64,000 bases of DNA from Macrostomum lignano. Taxonomy: Eukaryota. Below the pieces are notes generated by a model that saw only the letters and a list, made by a program, of their open reading frames with translations, was not told the origin of the DNA and did no database searches. The stretch lies in assembly GCA_002269645.1 (NCBI GenBank), contig NIVC01003001.1:62346-126345 (forward strand), read 5' to 3'. Below, piece by piece: positions 21,687 through 36,100 of the stretch. The position numbers and the translations under genes were made by a program. Each line of letters begins with the position of its first letter. Positions within the stretch are counted from its first letter, which is position 1.

Positions 21687-22874
21687 GGCTGCTGCTCAAT
21701 GCCGACGGGAAATTTCCTATTCAGCTCGGCAGAACGGATCGAGTCTGTGTGAGGTCTTGGCTCGGTACAGCGTCCGGCCCTGGAGGCGGCTTCCAGGGAG
21801 GCAGTTCTTTAGTAGCTGTAGAATAATTAGTCGCGGCAGACTTTCGAGGCAAGGAGAAAGTATCCAATTTTTGTAATATTTAAAATAGACTACAATCGCA
21901 TTTCACTACAGCGGGCATTTACTACAGACTCATCTGAGATTATCGCAATCGAAAGAGTATCTCCTCCCGATGCTCCTGTGCTGTGTGCTTGGCTACATGA
22001 ATGTAACGCAGAAAACTCGAGACACTTTAAAGTAACTTCTCAGGAGCAGCTGAGGAGGAGGGGGTCGGCGCCTCTGATTGGCTGAACCTGCTAACACCAT
22101 ATGTAGGCGCTGATTTGGTTTGGATACCCGTTGCAACGCCAAGAACCACAAGTAGTCTAGAAGTCCCTTGTTGTAAGGCTGGTTGAATTTTTTTCGCCAA
22201 TTTAACAGCACGACCGCTTATAGTTGAATCTTAAAATTTGGAATCAAGTTGTGAAAGAACTTTTGTTGAACAGACGATATTCTTGCAAAATGGATTAACT
22301 TCTCATGTACTACAGCTCCACTTTGCTAATAAATGCATGCTAGTATGCGACCAAGTTCTCTCTGGAGCAAAACAGACATCAATCAATGTAGCAAAACTGA
22401 TCGAAGACTTATAAAGATTTTCCCGGCAATAAACAGAATTCATAAATACACAACCGGGACTCTAATTTGGTAGCAAGTGCGCGCAGTCCTCTCTCCATCA
22501 GGGGGTACGCGAGAAGGACAAGCAGCCAGTGCTAATCCCAAGCTAACAAGCCGATACGAGCAGCTCAGCTTTGCCGGAGCTCAAATTGTTAATTGGGGCG
22601 GCAATCAACGCAAACGGCAAAACGACTTAATAAGCTGATCCGATAATGGCCGCTGTCGCAGGGGCCACCGAGTCCGACGGGTGCCCCCTGCTTGTGGCTA
22701 ATAATAGCTCGAGATGTTTTGATATTCTGCCCACGCACTTGCGCGTTGCTGTCGATTTAGCCGCGAAGAAGAAAAACTTCTTCGTCCCTTCAACGATGCG
22801 ACAATGAGTTTGGTCAGTATGATATTGTCACGAACTTTTCCATTTTTTCCTGTTTTAAATTAACAATTGTTTTG

Positions 22875-23161
22875 TCCTTATGTACTTTACCTCCTTATGT
22901 ACTTTACCTCCTTATGTACTTTACCTCCTTATGTCCTTTACCTCCTTATGTACTTTACCTCCTTATGTACTTTACCTCCTTATGTACTTTACCTCCTTAT
23001 GTCCTTTACCTCCTTATGTCCTTTACCTCCTTATGTACTTTACCTCCTTATGTACTTTACCTCCTTATGTACTTTACCTCCTTATGTCCTTTACCTCCTT
23101 ATGTCCTTTACCTCCTTATGTCCTTTACCTCCTTATGTCCTTTACCTCCTTATGTCCTTTA
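22875..23161. repeat. 17-bp minisatellite
   Basis: Tandem ATGTACTTTACCTCCTT / ATGTCCTTTACCTCCTT. Confidence 0.95.
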
Positions 23162-23162
23162 C

Positions 23163-23295
23163 CAGTGATGGGCACGTTACTCAAAAAAGTAACGAGCAAC
23201 GAAGTAACATTAATTGTTACCAACCCCTAAGGTAAACAAAAATTAAGTAACGAAAATTTGAAAAAAGTAACGAATTACGAAAAACGTTACTCTGA
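23163..23295 (+). mobile_element. hAT-like transposon terminus fragment
   Basis: CAGTGATGGGCACGTTACT start followed by repeated AAGTAACG subterminal motifs. No partner end found. Confidence 0.45.
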
Positions 23296-23572
23296 TCTTT
23301 TTGTTTTTGGTAAAGAACTGGCTTTTCACTGCTATTTTACTGTTTTATTTAGGCCCCAATTCTAATAAGTTGATAAACACATTCTTTACTTTTGTTATAC
23401 TAGCTTATACGCTGCTATTGCGATTATGCAAAACAAAAAATGAAAAAATAATAATGCAAATGGTGAATAGCTCGTATTTTGACTTCGTCATTTTCAAGTG
23501 TTTTACTTAATTTAATTTATACAGGAATAAATTAGAGAATACATTATATTTGTTTTAATACCTCAAATGCAT

Positions 23573-23670
<98 letters not shown>

Positions 23671-24314
23671 TTGGTTTTGTCAGCCTAACTGAGAATAAAG
23701 CCATCCAAAGTGAGAATCCTGCCTACGCTGACTGCGAAGGGCCCGGCTGCGTGCAGCCTTAGTCTATGGGCCATAGACAATAAAGGACAAGCAAAGTGAT
23801 AAAAAGCCATCCAATGTGAGAATCGATTGGTCTATGCGTCGTATTCTTTTATTTTTATACCTTCTGAGCCATATGACTAGCCAATAGCTTGAACGGAATA
23901 ACGGAAACAGGAACACACTGGATGATACAGAACAGTAAAGTAAAGAGTTAAAATAGCCGTCCCTCAATGCACTGCCCAAAGAGTCGTCTGCAATGCAGGT
24001 CCCACGCGGCAGCCTTCCCAGCAGTGACTGTGTCGTCAATCGCTTCGCGCGCCTCCCTCTCTAACAGCATGTTCCTGTTTCCGTTATTCCGTTCAAGCTA
24101 TTGGCTAGTCATATGGCTCAGAAGGTATAAAAATAAAAGAATACGACGCATAGACCAATCGATTCTCACATTGGATGGCTTTTTATCACTTTGCTTGTCC
24201 TTTATAGTCTATGGCCCATAGACTAAGGCTGCACGCAGCCAGGCCCTTCGCAGTCAGCGTAGGCAGGATTCTCACTTTGGATGGCTTTATTCTCAGTTAG
24301 GCTGACAAAACCAA
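23671..24314. mobile_element. 644-bp foldback/MITE with 245-bp TIRs inside a (TAG)n tract
   Basis: 23671-23915 and 24070-24314 are reverse complements with 2 mismatches that I could find. The spacer is 154 bp. TA abuts both ends. (TAG)n tracts at 23574-23670 and 24315-24469 have the same orientation. Confidence 0.92.
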
Positions 24315-24469
<155 letters not shown>

Positions 24470-24897
24470 CCGGCGACACCTGATACATGTACTCTATGAG
24501 CCCCGTATGATGCATGGGCTAAATCATTAGTATGCAATCGACAATACCTCTGAGTACGCCACTTAAAAACGTACGTGAGCATTTCATTCACCCGTCGGCG
24601 TGGCTCCACAAGAAGCACATCAGCATAAAGCATCCGAGGGTCGGAGCGCAGAATACGCGAGACATTCACTACTGGGGGGCTCCCTCCCCATCGGGACGCA
24701 ACAACAGCTGCTGGCTCCGAGCTCTTATAGTGTCGGATATTGAGTCAATAGCTTAATCAGAACTTTCCCGTTTGGTGCTATTCTGAGCCAAATGCCCTGA
24801 AAGCAGCTTCATTTTGAGTCCGATGCTTTTCAGGTCATTAGTCCTCAGTTTGTAGGTGATGGACCTAAAGTGGTGCTAGTAGGTGGTGTTAAAGCCT

Positions 24898-25046
24898 CTG
24901 GTGCTGGCGCCCCTTGGTGCTGGCGCCCCTTGGTGCTGGCGCCCCTTGGTGCTGGCGCCCCTTGGTGCTGGCGCCCCTTGGTGCTGGCGCCCCTTGGTGC
25001 TGGCGCCCCTTGGTGCTGGCGCCCCTTGGTGCTGGCGCCCCTGGTG
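24898..25046. repeat. 17-bp minisatellite
   Basis: Tandem GGTGCTGGCGCCCCTTG, related to the reverse complement of the array at 36918-37352. Confidence 0.9.
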
Positions 25047-25241
25047 TTAAAGGAATTGTTTATTAGCAACTCATCTAATATATAACTCTATTCGATGTCA
25101 GGAAATCAGAATCATGATGAAGAGCAGTTAGTCTCAGTATAACGAAGTCATTAAAATCCAATGCGATATTAAGAGAACAACATGTAGGTTAATGTTTTAA
25201 TTTTATAACACTAGATGTAACTGACGATGAAGTTACCAGGT

Positions 25242-26839
25242 TTAATCACGCGTGCTCCTAGCAAACATAACAGCCTCCGTGTGCTCGGTGGTCTCAGCCA
25301 GTGCAGCAAAGGGCTGCTCCCCACTGATAGAATCCGTGTACTGCCGATAGTCCACCGAGGCCAGCCGCTGGAAGCCGAGTTTCTCGTAGATTCGCTGCGA
25401 ATGCCTGCTCTCGGTGCTGCCCACCGCCAGCGGGATGTCAAGCCGCTGGGCCGCTAGCCTCAGCGAGCATTCAACGAGGCGTCTGCCGATGCCGCGTCTG
25501 CCGTGCGTTGCCTTGACAACCAGCAGTCGGAAGGCAAGAGCTCGACGCGCCTCCGGATAGAGATTGGACCAGTCTACCAGGGATTCCACGTGGTCTACCA
25601 GGCGCACTACCAGACTGTGCTTCGGGTAACGAGCTGCCAAGGTGCTGTCTGTGAGCAGCGGGTGCTTGAATGCTCTGAAATTGAAATACTCAAGCTCTAA
25701 TAAATCTAGAAGTTGACTTTTCTTGCTGGACGTTTCCCGCTTTTGATTTTTTGAAAATGTCCATGGACCACTAAATATAAAGGACATGCAATCTGCATTG
25801 AGTGAGACGAGAAGTTCTCAGTTTTTTAGCACCAAATTGGAATCATCTCAACTTATGGATTTCCGAACTACGTAAAAGTCTCTTAAGAAAGCGAAATCCA
25901 TAGAAAAAGCATAACTGTAATATGACGTACCGCTATCCAATAATGCTTTAAATACATTCTTTCTGGATAAACTTGTCAGCGCACCTCAGATAAAACAAAA
26001 ACAAATTCATGCTTTATTTGCAAGCCAGCAGTCCCAAATCAAGGACTACTTCCTATTTTGTCCGTCACTATATCCGTAGCAACTTTGAAAAGTGGCCACC
26101 TTATAATTTGCACAACTCACTCTACGACATACATTACGTAATCACCACGCTGAGCAATCACGGGGTGTAACAGAAAAAAGAATTTTAAGATTGTTTATTT
26201 AGTTTAGTAAAACTATTAGTAACATTCGAATTACATTTTTATTTCCGAATAATAGTAATAATTGATTACACACCTGCCCTAATGGGCAGATGTGCAACCG
26301 ACAGCTCAGCCGCAGCTATTGCGCGGCGCATCTGAAGGCTGCGTACGGCTGTTCAGTCCAAGGACTGGGGGGGGGGTCGCTACACATGCACCCTCAATAC
26401 CCCAGCTAATGGGCGTTAAGCCTTTTGCTCAAGCACACAAATTGTTCCGAGTAAGGTCGAGAATCGAACCCCCGACCTTTCTGCCGCGAATCCGACGCTC
26501 TAACCAATGATACTGACTAAAAATGGCCCCTTACGTATCAATAAAACCTTACTCTTGATTCCTTCCTATTGACGATGACTCAACAGTAGACAGCCTGGCT
26601 CCGACCAGTTCTCCGCTGTCGCTGTCCACAGCCACCAGCGAGGCCCCCTGTTCCAGCACCGCCGGCAGCATTGCCAGCGTTGTCTCCACGTCGCTTGCCT
26701 CCATGGCGTTCAAGTGTCGAAATAGCGGCATTCGCGGATAGAAGTCTGCCAGGCAAAGTCGACAGATGGCATCGGAATCGGCTAAGGTGGCTGTGCGGAA
26801 GGTCAGACCCTCGTGCTGTTCAGCAAATTCAACAGACAT
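25242..26839 (-). CDS. GNAT-family N-acetyltransferase, insect arylalkylamine/dopamine N-acetyltransferase-like (239 aa)
   Basis: Exons 26839-26553 and 25674-25242, phase 2, GTAAGG...TTTCAG. Motifs: LTFRTATLAD.DAI..L...DFYPRMPL, SLVAVDSDSGELVGARL, acetyl-CoA motif LVVKATHGRRGIGRRLV, and S..SQRIYEKLGF. Confidence 0.85.
26273..26513 (-). mobile_element. tRNA-derived SINE, internally deleted copy
   Basis: Highly similar to 52739-53029. Retains the B-box GGTTCGATTC on the minus strand and lacks part of the central segment. Lies in the GNAT intron. Confidence 0.8.
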
Positions 26840-27489
26840 GGCCAACTAGCTTTGCATGTTATTAACTCGTCTCTCTTAGTCTGCATAGCCAGGCTTTTTG
26901 TACAAAGCAAATGCGTAAGTTCTAACTGAGAAAATGCAGCCACCCCCAATCCTTCTGACAAATGTGCACATGCATGTATCCACTAACGTGCGCACACGAA
27001 AGAGAGAAACAAGCTAGTATTCTATTAATAGACACGTACATTTGAATTATGGACGATAGCTATTTGCCAGCGTTGTGGCTTATTCACGCCATAATTGTCA
27101 TACAATCGCATTGCCATTATGGCGTTATGACATTTTGCGCATTGTCATTATTGAAATGAATGCAATGAAGGGGCTAAGACCATTGGGGGACATAAACGGT
27201 CATGACCTCCAGAAAGTCATCCCTTGCTACTTTCTATTGACAGCTGAACCACATGTATAGATGGGACTAGCAATCCAGTGCCCTCCTTCGGGGCGCGCAA
27301 TAAGCAAGGAGCAAAAAATATTCATGGAAAACAATTAAAAAAGCACATTTCTTAAGAACCAATTCCTTCTTCAGTTTTATAAATCACCTTATTCCAGTAA
27401 AATTGTCACGGACAAAGCTATGTTAGTTATGAAGCTCTTTCTTTTTTTTATAAAATTAACAGAAAGACAACAAAATATAGTTTTCACAA

Positions 27490-27850
27490 AGATAACAGAC
27501 ATTCCCCCTAAATAGAAAGCATCCCCAAGACCCCAAGATCCCCAACACCCCCATATAGCAAGCATCCCCCAGATAGCAAGCATCCACCCAGATAGCAAGC
27601 ATCCTGCAGATAGCAAGCATCCCGGAGATAGCAAGCATCCTGCAGATAGCAAGCATCCCGGAGATAGCAAGAATCCCTAAATACAATAGCAAGCATCCCT
27701 GGATGGAAAGAATCCCATAAATGTAGATACATGTAGCCAGTACCCCCCTCTCCCAAATAGCAAGTACCCCCTCCCCCCTCGAGAGCAAGCATCCCCCCGA
27801 TAGTAAGCACCCCCCCCCCCAGATACAATAGCAAGCATCCCCCAGATATT
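27490..27850. repeat. Degenerate ~18-bp minisatellite
   Basis: Repeated GATAGCAAGCATCCCCCA-type units. Confidence 0.8.
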
Positions 27851-28082
27851 AAGAATCCACCAGTGCAGAATCCATTCTTCTGTAGGGATGTAGGAAGCGC
27901 TAGAGAGATATCATCGCACGAGATATCGTTATGTTGTTCTCTCGGAGGTCTGGCCAGAAATAGGCATAATGTCTGTCAAACTATATGGCTGGCGGCTTCG
28001 GGGTAGCAGATCCTGGTGACACTATGAATCGATATTTTACCGTTTATTAAGTGATTCAAGATCGGATACGAGCACGTCACCA

Positions 28083-30196
<2,114 letters not shown>

Positions 30197-30868
30197 TTCT
30201 GACAAACTTCTGTTGTTCGCTACTGTTTTCCAAACGTATTCAGACACTACAGAAAGTACCGAGTAGCTATAAATGGAAGAATTGAATTTGTTTTATGGCT
30301 GAAATTCAAAAAAGACGTTCTTTGGTCCCCTTTGTTAAAATGAAAATTATGTTTCACAACTCAATTTTTAAAAATGAAAAAATCGCAGTTCAGCACTTTT
30401 CTTTCTTTTCTTGACTTCATGAGCTCTATTGTGACGATTAACCGGCAGACTCGAAATTAACTGACGAAGACAAATATAGCAGAGGCAAATTTTGTAGCGG
30501 TAGCACTTGATGATAGTAGCGAATGATGCGGGCGGTGGCCGCAGTTCAAACTTATTGTAACCGGATGAGTGGATAGTTAGGGCTCGTTATTAACGATTCC
30601 GTCTGGGTAGTTAATAGAGATGGGCCGGAGTATTTGCTGAATCCGTAAGGAATGCACTGGGCGGCTACGCAACAATAAGATAGATGATAGATGATGGAGC
30701 GAATCGATGAGCCTGAGGCAATGGCGACGATGTGACGGCAGTGATCGTGTGGTGGCGGTACTCGTAGCGAGAACCCTTTACAGAACGGTGGTGGTGGCGT
30801 GATCGAGAATTGGCGGTGGCGGTGGCGTGACTGAGACTTGGCAGAGGCGTGGTTTAGAACTGTGGCGG

Positions 30869-30912
<44 letters not shown>

Positions 30913-30920
30913 GGCCGGAA

Positions 30921-31442
30921 GGGGTGCTTTCACAAGGTCGAAATTTCACAACATCGAAAACTTTAGCAAAGGGCTTCATAAGGTCGAAATTTCACAACGT
31001 AGAAAACTCAAATAGCAGCCACTTTCACAAGGTCGAAACTTCACAAGGTCGAAATTTCATAAGGTCAAAATTTCACAAGATCGAAATTTCACAACACCGA
31101 AAACTCTAGCAAGAGATTTCATAAAGTCAAAATTTCACAAGGTCGAAATTTCATAACATCGAAAACTCAAATAGCAGCCACTTTCACAAGGTCGAAACTT
31201 CATAAGCTCGAAATTTCACAACGTCGAAAATTTAATATAACAAGAACAATACAGTAGTTTCCTACGTTATGAAATTTCGACCTTGTGAAGTTTCGACCTT
31301 GTGAAATTTCGACCTTACGCTCGTATGCAGTCCCTTGCTAAAGTTTTCGATGTTGTGAAATTTCGACCTTGTGAAGTTTCGATCTTGTGAAAGAAGGTGC
31401 TTTCGACGTTGTGAAATTTCGAGTTTGTGAAACCCCCCCCCC
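30921..31442. mobile_element. Non-autonomous DNA transposon with inverted arrays of subterminal repeats and 8-bp TSD
   Basis: Direct repeat GGCCGGAA at 30913-30920 and 31443-31450. Ends are GGGGTGCTTTCACAA and TTGTGAAACCCCCCCCCC. TTTCACAAGGTCGAAA units run forward on the left and inverted on the right. Confidence 0.75.
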
Positions 31443-33149
31443 GGCCGGAAAACAGGGTCTAACCCGAGCGCCCCAGCCAGACAGGACTGATAAAGAGCGG
31501 GCTGGGGGTGGGTGCGCGAGGAGAGCTTAATTTCAGGCTAGCATAATTTATGCGCGGCTTTTCTATTGGCCGGCGAGAAAAACCAACTTGAAAACAGAAA
31601 TTAACGATCGCATTGTACATAGGCATTACAAACGCACGAAATGTTGTTTAAAATTCTTTGGGCATTACTTTAAGCAGACGTTAGAGTACGAGACCATTAA
31701 ATTAAAAATAATATAGAATGACACTGCTTTCGCTAAAACGGCCCTTGTCGGGGCTACCTCAGCTGACAACGTCACACTATCTAATTTATTTCAAACTTTG
31801 ATACAGTTATTTATTCATTAACTGAATATCAATAACTTTAAATCTGTTGTGTGGAGACAAAAATATTAGTTTAGTAGGACAGTACATGTACAGACCATAT
31901 TTCTGAGCGTATTTTCCTTATAACTCTACTATTTAGTAGAGCATAAAGTGAAAGTTCAGTATAATTATGCCAGGTATTTTAGTTTTTCAGTCGTAGATTT
32001 TAATTTATCTATTTATCAGTTTTATAAACAGCACGACATAAATACACTGAAGCGGTCTATATAGATCGTTGAGATCTCTAGCTAAGTGCAACTGAAAATA
32101 TACAATCTGCAAATCGATATAGCTAAATCCTAAATGAATTCACATCAACTTATATTGGTTAAAATTCATGTACTTGCAACGTAAACACACACGTAAAGTT
32201 GAACTTTATATGCATGATATGATTTATCAGATTAGGAAATGAGTTATTTTCTCACAAGTTTTAAGGCACTTGCGTTTTTTCAGGGCGTTATCTTCTGTTA
32301 GCTACAAAACTTCTGCGTCTTTTCGGGACCGTGGATAGGTTAGATTATTGAAAAACTAGATACATGCAGATAGTGCATATTTAGCATAACAACGCTAAGG
32401 TGATCACAAAAGAAAGCATTTATGTAATCTAGGAGAACTTTTCATAATTCTGTTATAGTTTTGGCAGAAGCCAACACGCAATGCTTATATGCCAAATTTA
32501 CACACAAAACATTTTATTAATTTCTTTTTGTATGGCCTGTCAAGATTCTTTTACAGTATATAGCTGACTGACAAACTTTTCTGTGCCCTCTAGTGCAAGA
32601 AATATGCGTTGGGTCTGTGCGTTGTGTGTGTGGCATGTATTTGGCAGTATGAATTCAAAGAGAGAGAGAGAGAATGGTAGAAAGCAGAAAACCTGGGGTG
32701 ACATGCACGCAAACTGCCAAGTCACGTGACCGCTGGTGTGCCTGCCACCGCCCTCTCTCTCTTTCAAACCCAGTCTAGTCAGTGCGCTGTCCAGCAGAGA
32801 AGTGTTGTGTGGGATTGAATTTTCCAAGTCAAGCTTTCCGGCGCGCTTATTGGCGAGAGGTCTGCGCGCTTCAGAGCCACCCCCGTCCTTTGACAGGCTG
32901 CAGGGGTGAAGAGAAAAGAGAATTGACACAGTGAAGTACTAAAGAGGAAAATTGCAGCATAAAAGCCAACTAACGAACGCCGTTTCGTTTGGCTTTTTGA
33001 GGTTGCCGACTTCAAAGGTACAAAGAGGTCTGTTTCTACCCTATCCAGGCCGAGTGGAGAGCAGCAGTGTTAAAGACGGGTTCGCTTGCCGTTAGTCCTC
33101 TATCCAACCGAAGGATTGCCAGCTAATTAATACACCATCCTTGACTGCG

Positions 33150-36100
33150 ATGGCCATGGCTACACTTCGATTCATTGGTCGAAAAATTGTCCTTGGCAAA
33201 CAGGGACCCGGGCTGGCTGCTGCGTCAACTCTGAGGCGAGCCCTAGCAACCACAGTCGGATCAGTTGACAAGCAGAAGCGCCTGCTGACGGTTCGGTGGT
33301 CGGACAAGTCGCGTCGGGACAGTCTGCTGCCGTTGGCCTGGCTGCGGGACAACTGCCAGTGCAGCGCTTGCTTCCATCCCGACACGCTGTCCGGCTGCAG
33401 CTGATGGAGAACTTCGATCCGAAGATTGGCGCTGACAGCGTCCAGGTGAGACCCCAACAGCTTGTGAATTGAGCTCAGCTGAAACTGACAATTGAATCGC
33501 AGTTCCGAGTTCTAGTTTACGAATAGCCCTATTTTGAGTGGTTCGTCTCCACGAGGTTAATTATCAAGGTCTTCTCGGTCGATTGTTTCATACGGTTAAG
33601 CAAATTCGAGTGCTTTTCCAGACTGCTAAATGCTAACACAGAAACCGTTCCGATAAACCAAATCGCGATTCAAAGTTTGAACACCGCTAAGGATCAGACG
33701 TCACCGCCGAAGTTCAGGTTGGCTTATCGCGTCACTGGAATCTTATAAAATGTATAGAGGAGTGTGAGGAGCCTTTATCTCGACTTTTATGCTTGCTGAA
33801 GCGTGCCTTTTATGAGCCTTGTAGACGACACGCAGAGGTTAGAACAAGGGCAATTAATGTTAAATGTGCTTTAACTTTAGTTTTTGAATGACGATATTTT
33901 CAGCGTCTAAACTCTGACCTTGAGAAGTACAAAGCATTCTGTTATTTAATGCACTTATTATTATTGGTACTCTTCTATCTAGTTTGACGATGCCAGCAAA
34001 ACCTGCAGCGTCACCTGGTCGGACGGTCACGTGAGCACTTACAAATACGACTGGCTGATGCGGCGCAGCTTTGACTCAGAATCGCAGCAGCAGAGGAGCC
34101 TGTGGTACAGCGGCAAGCACGAGCTGTGGGGATCTGATTACGCCATCCGCAGGCATCCGTTTGATCAGGTAGGTTACAGGTCAATTGAATTATTAACTAA
34201 ACCAGCTAATGACTCTAAAATATTTCCCTATACTCATAGCTCCACTCTAAACCTGGTTCATACGTACATTGTCGATATAAGTTACTCTCAAACTCTCTTC
34301 AACGTAGAACGAAGTCTCCTCAGTATCTGTCTCAAATTTACACTGTCGCTTCCTCTCAATCTCTGCCCCAAATTTACACAGTAGCTTTCTATAAATCTCT
34401 GCCCCCAAAGTACACTGTAGCTTTCTATAAATCTCTGCCCCGAATGTACACTGTAGCGTTCTGTAAATTTCTGTCCCCAAAGTACACTGTAGCTTTCTAT
34501 AAATCTCTGCCCCCAATGTACACTGTAACTTTCTATAAATCTCTGCCCCCGAAGTACACTGTAGCTTTCTATAAATCTCTGCCCCGAATGTACACCGTAG
34601 CGTTCTATAAATCTATGTCCCCAATGTGCACTGTAGCTTCGTCTCAATCATTGTCCCAAAAGTACACTGCTGCTTTCTGTCAATCTCTGTCCCCAAAATG
34701 TACACAGAAGCAGCAGCTTTTTTCCCTTCTGTGTTGTTTTAAAATTTCGGTTACAGTAAAATTCTAACAAATACTCGGCCTGTTACCAATCAATTATATG
34801 CACTGGGCTTGTGCTTATCCCAATTGCACCATGATGTTTGGGAATCAAATTGCAGTGCTAGTACTGTAATACTCGTCAGTACCCTTGATCCCCTAGAAAT
34901 CCCCGGGCTTTTGATTTAGCTAAGCACTGGGCACGCCCTTGCTTTAGTCACGCATATTCTCAAGGCTATATTCGTACATACTAAACGCAAAAGTACATCC
35001 GACTGTGTCCGCATAAATTTGCCAATTTGCTGACCACATAAACGTATCGAGATTCCGGAGCGGCTTCAAAGGCTTGCAGCAGACAAATCCAAGTCAAGGC
35101 AGAATTAAATTGTTTCTCCGGGCACACAGACGCATAAAGACTCGACTCAATCATCTTTAGAAGGAGCCATGCAGAGTTTAGTCTCGGCTGTGTCCACTCA
35201 GATCCAGACCACTGTAGGATCCCGTCCCATATTTTCCCATAAGATCTGGAGGATTCCTTCCTCTATTTTCATACTTTCTTTAAACTTTACTCATGCTAAA
35301 TGATATCTAACTATACAATACCTGTATTGATTTCAATAATGACACAAATCTGTATTGATCTCAATAGTGACACACACCTGTATTGATCTCAATAGTGACA
35401 CATACCTGTATTGATCTCAATAGTGACACATACCTGTATTGATCTCTAACTATACACATCTGTATTGACCTCAATAGTGACACATACCTGTATTGATCTC
35501 AATAGTGACACACACCTGTATTGATCTCAATAGTGACACACACCTGTATTGATCTCAATAGTGACACACACCTGTATTGATCTCAATAGTGACACACACC
35601 TGCATTGATCTCAATAGTGACACACCTGTATTGATCTCAATAGTGACACACACCTGTATTGATCTCAATAGTGACACACACCTGTATTGATCTCAATAGT
35701 GACACACACCTGTATTGATCTCAATAGTGACACATACCTGTATTGATCTCAATAGTGACACACACCTGTATTGATCTCAATAGTGACACACACCTGTATT
35801 GATCTCAATAGTGACACACACCTGTATTGATCTCAATAGTGACACACACCTGTATTGATCTTAATAGTGACACACACCTGTATTGATCTCAATAGTGACA
35901 CACACCTGTATTGATCTCAATAGTGACACACACCTGTATTGATCTCAATAGTGACACACACCTGTATTGATCTTAATAGTGACACACACCTGTATTGATC
36001 TCAATAGTGACACATACCTGTATTGATTTCAATAATGACACATATCTGTATTGATCTCAATAGTGACACACACCTGTATTGATCTTAATAGTGACACACA

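Noticed and set aside
33402-33404. In-frame TGA in BBOX1 as selenocysteine or readthrough
   Set aside because: Downstream homology and the splice phase are in a different frame, so a 1-nt indel explains it better.
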